From contig NOWV01000104.1 of the NCBI GenBank assembly GCA_003344405.1, forward strand, positions 1-64,000: a stretch of DNA of 64,000 nucleotides. Direction: 5' to 3'. This document shows, piece after piece, positions 41,401-55,814 of the stretch (its first letter is position 1; the number at the start of each line of letters is the position of its first letter). Below the pieces are notes generated by a model. That model was not told the origin of the DNA and searched no databases. It saw nothing but the letters and a program-made list of their open reading frames with translations. A program made the position numbers and the translations under genes. The stretch is from Trichoplax sp. H2 (Eukaryota).

Positions 41401-44400
41401 CAGTTACGTTAGCTTTACTAATAAAATCAAATTATGGCACTTAGAGTTTATTGTAGCATGCTGAGTTTTAAAATTTTAAAGTATTTCTAGAATCACAGAT
41501 CTTACCAACTTCACAACGTGCACCAGTCCATTGTGCAGGACAGGCACAAGTGTAGCTATTTACTCCATCATGGCAAGTGGAATAAGGGTGGACACAAGGA
41601 TTCGATGCGCATTCGTTTATATCTGCAACAGAAATATTAAAATGATGATTATGTTCAGTATTATAGGATAACACGATTTCCTGCAATCATGATTCGATAA
41701 TCAAGTCAGCGAGCGAAAGTGACTGGTTAGAAAACAGAAAAACAATCTTACTTGTTTGACATGTACTACCAGTGAAGCCAGTCGATGTACAATTGCACGT
41801 GTAACTGTTAGATCCAAGAATACACTGCCCGCTATTAAGGCATGGAGTTGATGAGCAAACGGTAACCTCTGAGAAATTAATAAAATTTACCTTTAAGAAA
41901 ATCTTTATCTATATTTCATGTTATCTATCAGTTTATCTGTCACCTAATTCAATACAGATCCGCTACATACTTTCTGTAAAGACGATGAACTACATGTTAT
42001 TAATTAACAAAATTTACCATTAAGAAAATCTACCCCTACAGTATATTTTACGTTATGTATATGTTTCATCTGTTATTGAATTGAATACTGATCGACTAAA
42101 TAACTGCCATAAAGAGAACAAACTACAAGTTAGATCTAAAGGTTTAATGAAATACTCGCTACTTACGGTCTTGACAATTTATTCCTGTGAATCCAGCTGG
42201 ACAATTGCAGTTGTATGTTAAATCTCCAGTCGATATACATGTCCCACCATTTACGCATGGCGAATCTTTAACGCAAACATCTTTAACTTTTATAAACCAA
42301 CAGTATATAAAAACTTATTACTTACTAATTCTTTAAAACATAATGGCTTCCTTTGCTCATAAAATAAAATTTATATCAAGGAAATTCTCACGTTTTTCGC
42401 ATCGGGTGCCAGTCCAGTCGCTAGGGCAACTGCATGTGTAGGAATTAACATGATTATGACATGTCGCGTATACATGCTGGCATGGATTAGATGCACATTC
42501 ATCAACATCTGAAATTGCATTCATGAAATTTGTTACAATGATACATCATTACATTCCAGCAATTGTATTTACTTGGATTATAATTTTACTTAATAACGAC
42601 GAATTTTGACCAATGGTTTATGTATCTCCCAATCAAAAACGGTACTAAAATCTCTGCAATGCGTAGTTTTACAACAGCAGACCCTGTAGACTTAGTTGTA
42701 TGATCTATAATATTTGCATCATTTAACTGAGTTATACCATGACTTATCATAGACCAATAAAAGGCTAGATTGCAACTATCGAGGTTCATAGCTATTTGAA
42801 AATCAAATTTTAACCCATAAATTTACAGTATTCGATATTATCAGCTTGTAATTCCACTATGAACTGTAGTAGAACTATACAATTTGTAAAGATGCTATAA
42901 AATACCGGGTGTGATCTAAAAATTTAACAATTTTTTTAGAAAATGCCTAAAGCAAACTAAAAATTGCAAATGATTTAATTTACTACCCTATCACTTACTC
43001 TGTTGCGTGCTTACACAATAGCAATCTCAATCAATTTAGTTCGGTATCATATTTATCTATAGCCTAATTATTATGAATCACGTTATGTATTTTTAACTAA
43101 CGTAGTTGTTATTTAAGAAAACATTGAATGTAGCTCTTGATTAGAACGTGCATCGTATTGTAAGAGGGTATAATTATCGCAATTTACCATCTTGGCAATT
43201 TCTGCCACTGTACCCAGAAGGGCAAACGCAAGTATAATTGAGAGGAGATGGCACGCATGTACCTCCATTGGTGCACAAAGTAAATACACGACAAGCATTG
43301 ATATCTAGAAAATAATAAATGTTTATAAATATAACTTAAGTGCTTTATCAGTACCTTAGTATTTCAATATAGACTTCTTGATTTGTAAATTAGATCAAGC
43401 AATTTATATAGCATTAGCTATTTATTTTCTATTAAGTGATTAATGTTACTTCCTAGTTGTTACTGTAGGATACTGTATACTTTAGGATAATAAGGCTCGG
43501 AGAATATTAATCTCATAGTAACTTACCAACTTGACACTGGGCTCCTGAATAGTATGTTGTACAAGAGCAAGTATAACTATTAATTCCATCGGTACAGTTA
43601 CCGTTGTTTTGGCAAGGATTAGATGCACATTCATCAATATCTAATAAATTCCATTAAGTAACGTAAATTACATAAAATTTGAGAAATTAGAACTAAAGTG
43701 AAATACTCGTGTAAATAAGATAGATAATAACATTACTGACAGACTTTAATCATTAAATTATTTTTATTACTTGTCTCGCAGTGTAAACCAGTAAAACCAC
43801 CAACACAAGAACAATTATAGCGAAATGGCATATTAACGCATGTTGCACCGTTCACGCAAGGGTTAGAATTACACTCATCAAAATCTGCAAAATATGCGTT
43901 CGATAACTGAATCATGAGTCTAAACAAGCCAAGTTGATAACAACTGACTATGTGCTTCTTACCTTGTGAACAATTTTGGCCTGTGTAGCCTGTAGGACAC
44001 AAGCAACTATACGTATAGATGCCAGTGTAAGTGCAGACGCCGCCATTAACACATGGAGAGCTAACTCGACATAGATTACCATCTAAGTGAAATTATAGAA
44101 TATTACGAATAAAGCTCTTTAGAAATCAATTATATTAGTTAAAGATATCAGAGTAACAGAATAATCGGACATTAATACTTTTCGTACCATTTTCACAGCT
44201 GGTTCCAGTCCATTCTGCGGGACAATTGCAAGTATATGAATTTATTCCATCAACGCACGTAGAAGATTGCTGACATGGATTAGATGCGCACTCGTCGATA
44301 TCTATTCGTATATCAATTTAATGCCATTTTAGCAAAATCAAACTCAATGCATGCCGAATAAGTAAGGCAATAATCGTAACAGCTGAAATATCCCACGCGT

Positions 44401-47400
44401 GTAGATTACTTAAGGATAAATATTATAAGTATCTTTGCTTTGTTAACGAAGAATATTCAATTTCAGATAATCGGATTTTGCTTACTTATTTCACAATTTG
44501 TACCATTAAATCCAGTAGCACATACACATGAATATGCATTAGGGCCGGTGTTATTACACGTGGCACCATTCAAACAGGGCGAACTCCGGCACGTATTTAA
44601 ATCTATAAAAATGGCATTACTTTTAGAATGTAGCTGATATTAATTGTCTTTGTGCAGCAACTTTTGTCGATAATAAGAAAAAGTATCATTCCTAAAATCT
44701 AAAAATAAACTTTATATATGATCTTAAGGAAAGCAGTAATCTTAAAATTACACTGTAGTATTGTAGTTATATAAAATTATTAATAGATGAAGAACTCCAT
44801 GTAAGAAGGCACTTTCAAGTCCCGGATGTAGATAGCTTGTTCTTATCGTACCTGTATTACAGTCTATCCCAGTCCAAGTACTTTCACAATCTACACTAAC
44901 TTTTATTCTAAATTGCGATTTATCGGAAATTGGCCTTGTCCCTATCATAGTAGCTGTTTCAGAAGCTCCTGGTACAGTATTAAAGCGTTGGGTAAATCGA
45001 TCAATAAGACTGTCTGTACTACCTACGTAGTTTTTGTCCATTGCAGTCAAATGAACATTGACAAAACCCTGACATTCAAGAACAAGAAACAGATATCAGA
45101 TAAATACTACTATATTAATTCAAAGATCATATTTCAACTTTAGAATGTAATTTCTTTATATTTACTCTATATTTTTCATTGATGGATCCACGGTACGGAT
45201 TGGTAATATTGTCAGCAGTTAGAGCTTGACCAACTGTAAATTGTATCGAAGATGATGCATTCCAAACATTCGTAGTTAGTGAACCGTAGGTGCAAGGGCT
45301 GCTTACAGTTAAATTATTGCCACATAAAGTGAAATAATATCCACAAGAACCACCATTGCAGAGTGTAGTATTCCAGTGACTTTGATTATTATTTATATAG
45401 CTTTGAAATTCGTAACTGATGTAGGCATGCACATCAGCTTCTACATAACACTATAAAGTGAAGATGTAAAGTTACATATTTCAAAAGGCATGCATTTCCT
45501 CATAAATATAAATATTAAAAACAAAAGGCCTACGGATAAAATTAGAATTACGAACAATTTCCACTATGTCAATTAGACTTAAAAGTATACATTTGATATG
45601 ATAAATATTAATCATTGCACTACTTTAGTTATCATAAACTGATCAAGGTAAATTAAAGAGGCTAATTGAAAAAATGATATTGACCATGATCCTTCAAACA
45701 TCGATCTAAGCCTAAAAACACCTTTTTATCCTTAGCTGAATATTATTTCAAATACAAAGGTAAAATGATTTGTATCTTAGACGGAATCATGAAACGTAAC
45801 CTAAATCTAAAAATCGAATTTACTATCTAATTGCAATAAAATTTAAATCGAAAGAAAACGTTAGTGGATAGTAATTGCTTTTATTACAATTCATTTTGAT
45901 TCTAATGTTAACGAAAGATAAGAACTACCTATTAACAGGAAGACTTCACTTCATATACAACTGGCAAATATCATCAGCCATCTTACAAGTTACTATAACT
46001 TCCTAAGCAATACAGTAGGAGCTTCTGCTAACACCGTAGTGATTTATATTATCGTCTATTTCCAAATGCAGCATAGATAACAACTGACTACATTATTCAG
46101 ATACTTTCAGTCTACATAACTATTAAAATCATCATGAAAGCTAAGATATCTCTACTAATATAGGATCTCTTATATTAACGTCAACAGCTGTTAAAGCTAG
46201 TTAATCTCACTAACGTTATGCTAATTGTTATCGAAAAAATTATTCGGCCAGCACGAAAACTCTGATTAATTAAATTGGAATATCGCATTTGTCTATGATG
46301 ATAAATTAATATCACTAGCATCGCTAATAACTAACGTAACATTTAATCTTGTCGTCTAAAAAAGTGTACTTAGAAACGTAATAGCTTCAAATTATCGACT
46401 GCAAAGCATTAATGACCAACATTTTAGACTAGAGGATTCACAAAATGCAAGTAATAACATCAAAGATTGGCTTATTGCATTTAAAAAGACTTTTGCTTAT
46501 TAGAAATTTAGCATTCTGTTACAATCACAAGAGCACAAAATTGATGGATTCATTTTCTGAAGCACTTATTAATTTAAGCCTTACTGTTTTAGCTATTATT
46601 TCTAGGCAATTCTAATAATTAATTATAAGCACCTAATACTAAATCTATAACTTTATAATCATTTTTAGGTCATCTCCTGACTGGAATGCTGATGGAGAAA
46701 TTAGTATTCGGCAATCCAATGTTTAGAATCCTTACAATCATCTACTAAATTGTAAAAATCAAAACATCTGTTCACTGCTGAACTGCACAGCCGATAATTA
46801 TAATTAAAGATTAACTTCCAGGACTCTTTCTAGCTACGTCTATAGTACATAATTTAAGAATTAACTTGATAAATAGTTAGGATATATCAGTGAGATTAAA
46901 GCATTTGTATTAAACTAAAGTTAAATTGCTTAAAGCAATTATCTTACTTATCTTAAAATTACATATCAATAGAAAAATTAACTTTTATAGATAATTCGGG
47001 GTTAAATTAAAATGCTCAGAAAGGGTAAGTTATCAGCTCGGGACTTATATCTAACTGTAGTTGTTATTCAGAGACATTATAGCTGTCGGAATATAATTTA
47101 TTATTCATAGACCCTCGGATCTTGCCCAATCATAGTCAATTATAACATAATTAATAGTCAAGCAATGCATGAACTGTTATTTTTCTAGCTAATAAATTAA
47201 TCGATGGCGTTTTTATCAGTTTCTTTCTTCATATTCATCAACAATTGAGAACCGACCCGTGCATCTATCAAATATTAAATACTCAATGACATAACTGATT
47301 TTAAGAACTACATTAAAATTTACAGTAATATCCAGGTGGTCAATAAGTTTATAGCCACGATAATACTAGCTTACAAATTCATTTTATCTTAGATTAAGGT

Positions 47401-47780
47401 AATCTGTATTACTAATTTCCTGTAATGGGCTATATTTAAGCTTGCTTGAGAAAAACATGTAGAAATTACTACATGTAAAAAGTATACGATAATGAAGAGA
47501 AATTCTTATCACTTTGTTGGTAATCTATGTAGTAGCTACAATCATGAACAGTTTCTAGTAGAATTATACGTAAATTTTCAGGAAAGCTTTTGGAGATCGA
47601 ATGTGTGATTCATGATTTTAATAGATTATTAAGGATTAGAAGATGCGATTTAAACGAAGAAAAGAAGATAGTAGGAACCTAACTGTAATAGTTTAAATTG
47701 AAACTGAACTTTATTCTATGACTTACCAAAGTTGCGATAGTTAAGAATAAGTAAAGGGCGACAAACAAAATTTTCCTCAT
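26473..47780 (-). CDS. Gene C: giant Notch-ligand-like type I membrane protein (SP-MNNL-DSL stub-24 EGF-DOS-5 EGF-~20 cbEGF-FN3-TM-long acidic tail)
   Basis: Signal exon 47780-47727 ([18 protein letters not shown]). MNNL exons 45450-45166 (CGYYFTLC...[12 protein letters not shown]...ITNPY, cf. Delta PCTYGSAVTPVL) and 45068-~44852. 24 single-EGF exons ~44582-35888; DOS exons 35755-35361; 5 EGF exons ~34891-33221; ~2.2-kb EGF exon ~32802-30560; FN3-like exon ~30411-30121; TM exon ~29984-29858 ([26 protein letters not shown]). Tail exons run to the S/D/E-rich exon ~27394-26473; linkage of the last tail exons is less certain. Confidence 0.85.
27253..27348 (-). repeat. Perfect 48-nt tandem duplication encoding ([16 protein letters not shown])x2
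   Basis: 27253-27300 is identical to 27301-27348, inside the acidic low-complexity exon. Confidence 0.9.
35361..35755 (-). other. DOS (Delta and OSM-11) motif, i.e. ligand-type EGF1-2 pair, encoded by three small exons
   Basis: Exons 35755-35692, 35574-35513 and 35432-35361 splice in frame to [66 protein letters not shown], matching the Delta pattern ICLPGC...HGFCDKPGECKCRVGWQG..C..C....GC. Confidence 0.8.
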
Positions 47781-50700
47781 ATTTCGTCTTATTAAAGCTC
47801 GTCAGTGCAGCTACGAAACGATATTTAGCAACTATAATCGTTGTTCGTCTTCTTTAATGTAAAGTGATTCGGATGAACCTAAATTTAACCAATTGTTGAT
47901 TTTACAGCAATTAGTTTCTAATCGTTTTACCTCGGAATTTGTTATTAAAGAATAAACCACACCTATAATCACCTATTAAAAATTGATTAAAATTAAAATT
48001 AAAATTTAAGAGTTAATAACGTATCATAATAAAGCCCAAAGTGGACGCATTGCAATCTAATTTTACTGCACCTAGTGGCGAGCAAATTATTCAGATCTTT
48101 ATGAAATCAACAGGTGAAGCTCATATGTTTACTAATTAAAAAAATCAACGGTAAAGAAACAGCTGCTATTTTATATGATAGTTTGCGATAAATGTTATTC
48201 ATTCCATCCTTTATTCCAATTCTAGATGTTATTTATTGTTTAGAAGATTTAAATAGGCTAATATCTAATATTTTCAAGTAAACACATATCCGCAGATTCT
48301 TATATTACATTATCGGTACAATAATGAACACAACAGCTTACACATAATTCGGTTGTAGTTTTATAGTTTTATCTACCTCTTACATTTGTGATTTCGTGGA
48401 TTTTCAAATCAAATTTGTCGTACTTACTAGATTAATAAGGTAGACATGGCTATCATGTTATCTTAAACGGAATTTTATCGCCGGATAACTTCCAGATTGA
48501 TGTTTAGTTAAAAACCGAGAACAACAAAAATAAAGTGGTAGTGCATGGAACGATCATAGAAACAGTACATTATAAAATCAGGTAACGCTAACGGCGACCT
48601 TACTAATAGTAATGATTGGTTGGATATTATAAAATAGAATAAAGGAAAATTATGTGTATTATTAATGATATAATTCACGATTATCAGTCTCTATCAATCA
48701 ACGAGACTTAACTAGTAGTGTCAAATGTCATTCAGGTTTGCTAATTGTTTTTAATGAACATAATAACCATTATGACTACTATCTGCATAGTTAATTTTTT
48801 ATGGAAATCGATTCTAAAGTCGTACTATATTGGAACAATCTACAAATTATAGTTGCTATAAACGATGGCTTCAATGGTACCAGACTTTACAGCTCAAAAA
48901 TCTAAGACAACATTCCCTTTAACGACATAGAGTCATAAAACAAACAGCTTATAAAGTGGTTTTTAGTGAAAGTTTATAGAATGTACAGAGACATTCATTA
49001 AACAACAATGTTAGATTTAATCTGTTATGGCTATAAGGTGATCATGTTTTAAATACATATCTCGAATATAATCGTAATTATGCTAACTAAAATAATACCG
49101 AGAATGAGCTATATCTATTTCGTGAGATAACTTAGGTTAAAACTGCAGTTTAATTAACTGCATTATTTTTTATCAAATATTTGGAAATGATAAGGAGCTA
49201 AGTTAATTATTAAATATTATGCATTATTCATTTTGTCTACCAGAGAAGAAATAATCAAACATATCACTGATCACCGGAAAGTACTCACTTGGATAGGTTT
49301 CAGCATGATATCAAAATCACCTTGATCCCTAATTATATAATTATGAATCAATTAATCATAGTCAACATAAAATAAAACATAAAATCAATGAACAAGTAAT
49401 GATCATCTGATTAACTATAATTACACTATAAACTAGTCATTAATTCGTAATCAACAGTTACTAGAAAGAGTGCACCTTAATGAAGCACTTTGTACTGTGC
49501 ACAAACTTTTGTTATTACATCAAGTGTGACAGAATTAAAATATAACAATAATTAGCATACGTATAAGTGAGGTGTGTCATAAACAATAGCCTTACCTACG
49601 GGTGTGCCCAAAGTTTAGTGAATAGACAAAATATAGTTACGTTATCACGACATAACATATTTTATTATTACGCCTATGAAGCTATAGTATTGTACCTACT
49701 TCACGGGTAAACTCAACTTCTAGTTAACTTAAAAACTTTTATCCAATACCGCTTCATATAGTTTAGGTAGGCACGCCTACTATGAATAATAATGTTGCTA
49801 AATTGCTTCCCAAGGTAGTCTTATAATGCCGTAATTTATTAGTGCTATACTGCTACTACAAGCACAACTATATATATTATAGTATAGTTATTAGTATTTC
49901 AGAATAAAGTATCAGTGATAGGCATGTCGCTCATATTCTCATTACTAATTTTGAATCTAAATGCGATAGTATTTAATTTTCATTGTCTGAAGCAGTATAC
50001 TAAAAATGTAATTCTTCTTTTGACTTTATAATTCCGATAATGATTTAATTATACTTATAGGAATCTAAAATTATCAGCTTCCGTTTACATTTTTCAAAAA
50101 TAATGAAACAATTGATTTTAATACCGCACAACTAGCTACTACAGTTATAGCTCCGTCTTTAATTAAGGTGAGATCATTTTTACGCAATAAATCATTTTTA
50201 CCATCAGCCAAGTTGAAAATGAAGTATATTCTACTCTACTGACGGTGAATTTCGTGTTAGCAGTTTACTATAATGCTCATATTGTAAACAAATACTATCC
50301 TAATCCACTATACTAAAAGAATAAGAAGAAACTTTAGACAGTTTAGAAGAAATGCGTTTATATGCAAGTACCTAGATATCGCATCTAGTTACATCTAATG
50401 TTATTATTTGGGATTTAGGAAGTGGCAGGAACAGGAACATAGTTCGTGTTGTATTATAAAATTTAAGACTCCAGTCGAAAGATTGAATAATTTTAATTTT
50501 CTTCATGATACTGCATAAAACAGTTTTAGTTAGTGATAATCAAAATAAACCAGCAGTTTGATTCTATAGTCAACATCGCTAAATCGTGCAATATGCAAAC
50601 TCAAATTGTAAATTTTGCAAATTGCGGCATATGCCACTTGAAATAGTTCATTTTATTAAATGTCATAATTACTCTAAATTTAAGTAGTTAATTTGAAATT

Positions 50701-53019
50701 TGATGTTGACATTAATCGAGATTACCATATGTGATGGAAAGAATTAAAAAATGGATTACAATCTCCAAAATCTTTCTAAATATTCTAATAACATATTCTA
50801 CACTATAATCTACGCAGTGCATCCATATTACATCTATTTTAAACAAATTTTAAGCAAATAATTAAAAACTGCCTCAATTAGAGAATTTATGATGCTTATA
50901 CAGTATCTCACTATTACTTATAGAAATAAGTGAAATAAAGTTATCCTATTGTATCCTAATTTCACTTGAGAAATCATTTAGTGCTACGCTCAGAAACGGA
51001 ATAGAGGAGAACAAGCGACACTCTGCGCTCTATCGTACAGTAATCCAACTTTAAAAGGAATATGGAGCATTTAGTTCAGCTACAGTTATGCTCATGGAGT
51101 AAAATATTAACACTGAGAAAATACAACTATTTTTCTCTTCAATTGTAGTGTAAAAAACGCAGACGCTCATTGTTCTGTTCTCTTGATATGTTCATCATGT
51201 AGTAATACTGTATATGCATGAAAGGTGCTGAACTATTGACAATTTAACGAGTTTGTTTAAACTTTACTCATGATCCGATATCATTGAAGACGAACTGTTA
51301 TAAACCTCTCTAAGACAGCTAAGCTATCTACTCTCAAGATTCCTAACTCCACTACTCGTCTAGTTTGACTTCATACAGTTACTGCTTTACCAGCTTTCTA
51401 TTTCTATGAGTAGTTTCGCCGGATAACAAGAACTTACTACCACTTTTACAGTACATTAGTATAGAAATTGTCAATGACACAACTGAGAGCAACATCTTTC
51501 CACATAAATTGCCCCAACATAATCATTTATTCAGTTAAATACTACGTAATCATTAAACAGTTTAGATCTAGTTGTCCAATCAGAAGTTGGCAATTCATGC
51601 AGAAATATCGTTAACCGAACTTTTCATTGCTGTATTAAATTTATTTCTATAAAATACTTGATAGCTATTACGATCTCCTTATAATTGAATATCATTTCAT
51701 ACATTGCTTAGATTAAACATACATTTTTATGGAGCAATTCTGATATGATAACACCGTACATATAGTAGTATAAAATATCACATAATGTTTGGACATAATA
51801 CGAGTTAAGAAAAATTTGCCTTTATACAAAGTTACTGGTTAGTAACAGACTAAGTGCAGCACCCGAACAGTATTGATAGAATCGTCGATAATATTCACAA
51901 CGTGCATGATTAGATTCATTTCAATGATATAGCATCCTCATTAATAATCATAATGTCATACAGAAGTCAGTTATTTATTTTCTGATAACAATATAGTATT
52001 ACAGAATACTGCCGACATATCGTTTAAGAAATTAAATTATAAATTACTAGCACGTTCGCTATGCTTCGCGTACCGTATGTACCTGCACTTTTTACTTTAC
52101 AATTATCATAATGGCAAGCTAGTGAGATTTCATAATTAGCTCATATACGTTTTTCATTATATTTTGTTCAATCTCCGCATTCCTTGCTTTTGCTTATTGT
52201 AATCAAATATAAATAACAGATAATAAAAAACTTGCAGAACATTAGACTTGAATCCGAACACTAAAAATATTTATCGTTTTATTACGATACTATTAGAAGA
52301 ATACCTAACTGTAGTAGTCAGAGTAAAATAACCAGTCGAAACTGCATTAATTAGTGTTAGCATTCCTTATATATCGCAAACAAAGCAATTATGAAACCGC
52401 TTGAGCCAGATGTACAGATAATCACTATTTAAAGCAATAATTGTAATGTATTGCCCGATTTCATTAAATTTATGATCACAAGCTCACCTGCGAAGCAATA
52501 TTATTGGAATGCATAGGTTAATGTAAGATAGTAGTAATGGTAACTGTAATTACAACGAAGCCTATATTGCTATGAATTGGAATCGGATGAGTCGCGGAAT
52601 TAAATACCTAACCTACATAGAATTTCGTGTAAATAACAATCAACAAACACCGAAAACCGTAACACTGTTTTAAAAGCAAATAATTAAGTAGCCACATACC
52701 TAACCTCATTCCACTATACCTTTGACATAAAAGCTATCATCTTTTTTCAACACCATTATTCCAATACAGTTATAATCTTTCCCTTGCATTACGCTTTAAC
52801 ATAATAAAAATACGTAATCCAATCCGAAAGAAGAAATGAATGGTAACTCATAGCTTCTGATGCTATTTGCTGTTAATTTAAACTCATTATTTTCGGCTTT
52901 ATCAAGTACATATGCAATAGTAAAACATTATTTCTTGTAAATCGGCAAAGTGACGATGAATTTCTTTATGTACGGTATGAAAGGAAAAATTTTACAAGTC
53001 TAACAATTTTGTCCCTCAG

Positions 53020-55403
53020 ATGAAGGTAGCATCATAGAACGAAAAAGAGTAGTTGAAACGGAGGATGAGTTGCAAGGCATCGGTACTTACATGAATTGCA
53101 GATCTAAAACCTGATTTACTAATAATACACTTTCTTTTATCCTATAAACATGCTATATAGCCAACTTAAATATCACTTGTAAAATTTCAAATTCCATGTA
53201 TGTTTCGATGCAGTTGATCAGTTTAACGACGATGAAGATGAATCAGATTGGATTGAAACCGGAGGTATGCCGCTTGAGAAACAAAAATTTATGTGATGTA
53301 CGAATTAAAACAATTGAAATTTATTTGCCCCTATAGACGAGTTACTTATTGCAGAACAAAATATCAAAGGTTAGACCTACTAGAAGTAAATTTATATTAT
53401 CAGATATACTATTAAAAGTTATTTTGAGCATTCTGTGCTCCATGCGTTCTCTTTAAGTTACAGACATACCTTACAATCATTTCGTATTTCTGTCTTTTTT
53501 GTCTTGCACCATGGATTTATTGAACTATATATTATATATATATATATACATATATTTAAAATTTTAATGCTTGATCGACCATATTGGCACTTGAACGATA
53601 GATGGGAAGCAATATACGAATTTTGATGATTTTAAAGAAGGTAAATACCATTTATCATCGATTCACATTAATTAATGTGGTAGTACTCGTAATTTTGGGT
53701 TTAGAAATTTTGAATTATGAAAGGAATGCATCTAAATATCAAACCCTAACTTACGTGTATTTAATTTAATGAAGTGATCGGTAAATTTGAAGACAATATC
53801 GACACGACTACATTCGAAAAGTGTTTTAAAACTAAAGGTAGGGCTACAATACATTACAATAATATCAATTTCGTAATATTACACATAATATAACATCCAA
53901 CTGCACAGTTTGATAAAGAAATACAGGTAAGTAACATCTATATATCAAAGCTAGTAACTCTTTATGATTAATAACATTAGTCTAGATCAACGATAAATAA
54001 AGCAATATCAACAATTTAATTTTCTTATAGAACTATGCGATACGTATTCCTGCGATGAAAGTGATCTTATGTCAATCATTGATCCAAATGATCCTAAATC
54101 GGAACTTTCAAGAAAATTAGATGAAGATATAGATGGCGAATGCAAGAAATGGATCGAAACCCTGCGTAGTAGAGAAAAAGTTTCTGCAATTCCTGAATTG
54201 ACCTCAGTTGTAGGCAAAACTAGATGGCTCTTAAAAGAATACGGCTATATGAAGCATTTTGATAGAGGAAAATTTAAAGAAGTAGAAGGATACTATCACG
54301 ATTTAGGCAAGCCTGATAGCGGATGTAATCAGCTAGCCATCTACGTTAATCGTTATTTATATTGGTGCTCATCGGGAACAGCTCTAAACTGGGAATATTT
54401 AAACGATTCTCATCTGATAAAAGACTACATTAAGGAAATGCATGAGAAAACAAATTGTTCAGCTTCTTTCCTATGTAACATTATTATTGCAATATTGCGT
54501 GGAAGAAGATTTGCTGTGGCACAAGGAATGATTTCTGAAGCAACAGAATCTCAAAAGATACTGCTTGAAGATGTATTGAAGAAATATCGTACACTTATGA
54601 AGCAAAGATCTCGCGATATCTCTCGAAACTTACGTAAAAGAGGTTCAGTTTTAGAACCTAAAATGTTTTTCAAAGCGGTTAACAAACCAGCATTAATGAA
54701 AAAGTATAATGATCTAGTGACATATTCCAAAATGATCAAGAAGAAAAATGGAAAACTGCCAGATAGAATGTATATCTTCGGTTTAAGATTTACATTAGCA
54801 CATATGTTGTTAAGCTGTGCTTCTAGGCCTGGTCCATTATACAATTTAACGTTAAACGATATGCGCTGCTCTCGAGGCAACTGGGATGACGAGAAAAGTG
54901 AAGTTATTATTACTGTTTTAGATCATAAAACAGGCAAATGCGATGATGCTCGCTTTATTTTAAGTCATTATTCTAAAGTTGTGGTAAGAGAATTTTGGCA
55001 CTATATTCGACCTTTGGTACCTCAGATAGAGGATGGAAATGATGCATACTTTTATCTAAATTCGTCAGGAAAACGTTTATGCTCATCACAGGTAAACTCT
55101 CATGTTCGAGTCATATTTAAAGTAGCAGGTATTGAAGGATTTACAACTACATTGCTCAGAAAAGCCATTGAAAGCGCTTCGGCTAATCGATTCTCGATGA
55201 AGGATCAAGAAAACGTTGCTACACTACTAAACCATGACACACAAACGGCTGATAGGTACTATAAAGTTTACATTAATAATGAAGAAAAGGCATACAAGGG
55301 TTGGGAAGCTATTAATTTGCTTTACAGCGGTAAGTCACCGGAACACGACGAGGATGACTACGAAGATATTCGTGATTTTCCAAAGCATGAAATTAAAGAA
55401 TAG
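53020..55403 (+). CDS. Tyrosine recombinase (phage-integrase fold, Crypton-like or other eukaryotic YR), spliced; 5' end uncertain
   Basis: ORF 54069-55403 has YR catalytic motifs in order: SR253PG..NLT, HK287TG, TLLR364K, LLNH389-x8-Y398 (numbered from the ORF Met). Upstream AG..GT phase-1 micro-exons 53020-53082, 53214-53264, 53337-53369, 53602-53640 and 53775-53837 splice in frame to the acceptor at 54031. Confidence 0.85.
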
Positions 55404-55814
55404 TAATAATTAATTTCCTAAATTATATTATACTTTATCAGAACTAATACACATCATATCATAAACATTCTTTCATTAACTTTTACGTCATTCATTCTGA
55501 ATCTTGTAATCACTAATTCTGTATTACCATCAGTTTTGTATACTGTCGAATCTTCAGTATTGACTCTATGACCTCATTCGATCACGCAATCTATAACAGA
55601 TTTCTCGTCTGAATTTATTATTACCTACTTATGATAAATAATGAGTATCATCTAGATCAAAAAATTGATAAAAAGTAATAAGATGTTTGATTTGATTGTA
55701 TTGCTTCCAGTTTCGGCGAAATAAATAAAAGTAAGCATAAAAATTAGTAATGTGATTAGCATTCAAAGTATATAGTGATAACTCTTCCACTCCTTGAATG
55801 ATAGAAAGAACTTA

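Noticed and set aside
49595-49790. Possible mariner-like TIR (TACGGGTGTGCCCAAA)
   Set aside because: No convincing inverted partner found.
53909-53926. Additional 18-nt micro-exon of the recombinase with a strong donor
   Set aside because: Contains stops in the required phase 1, so it was not included in the model (a poison exon cannot be excluded).
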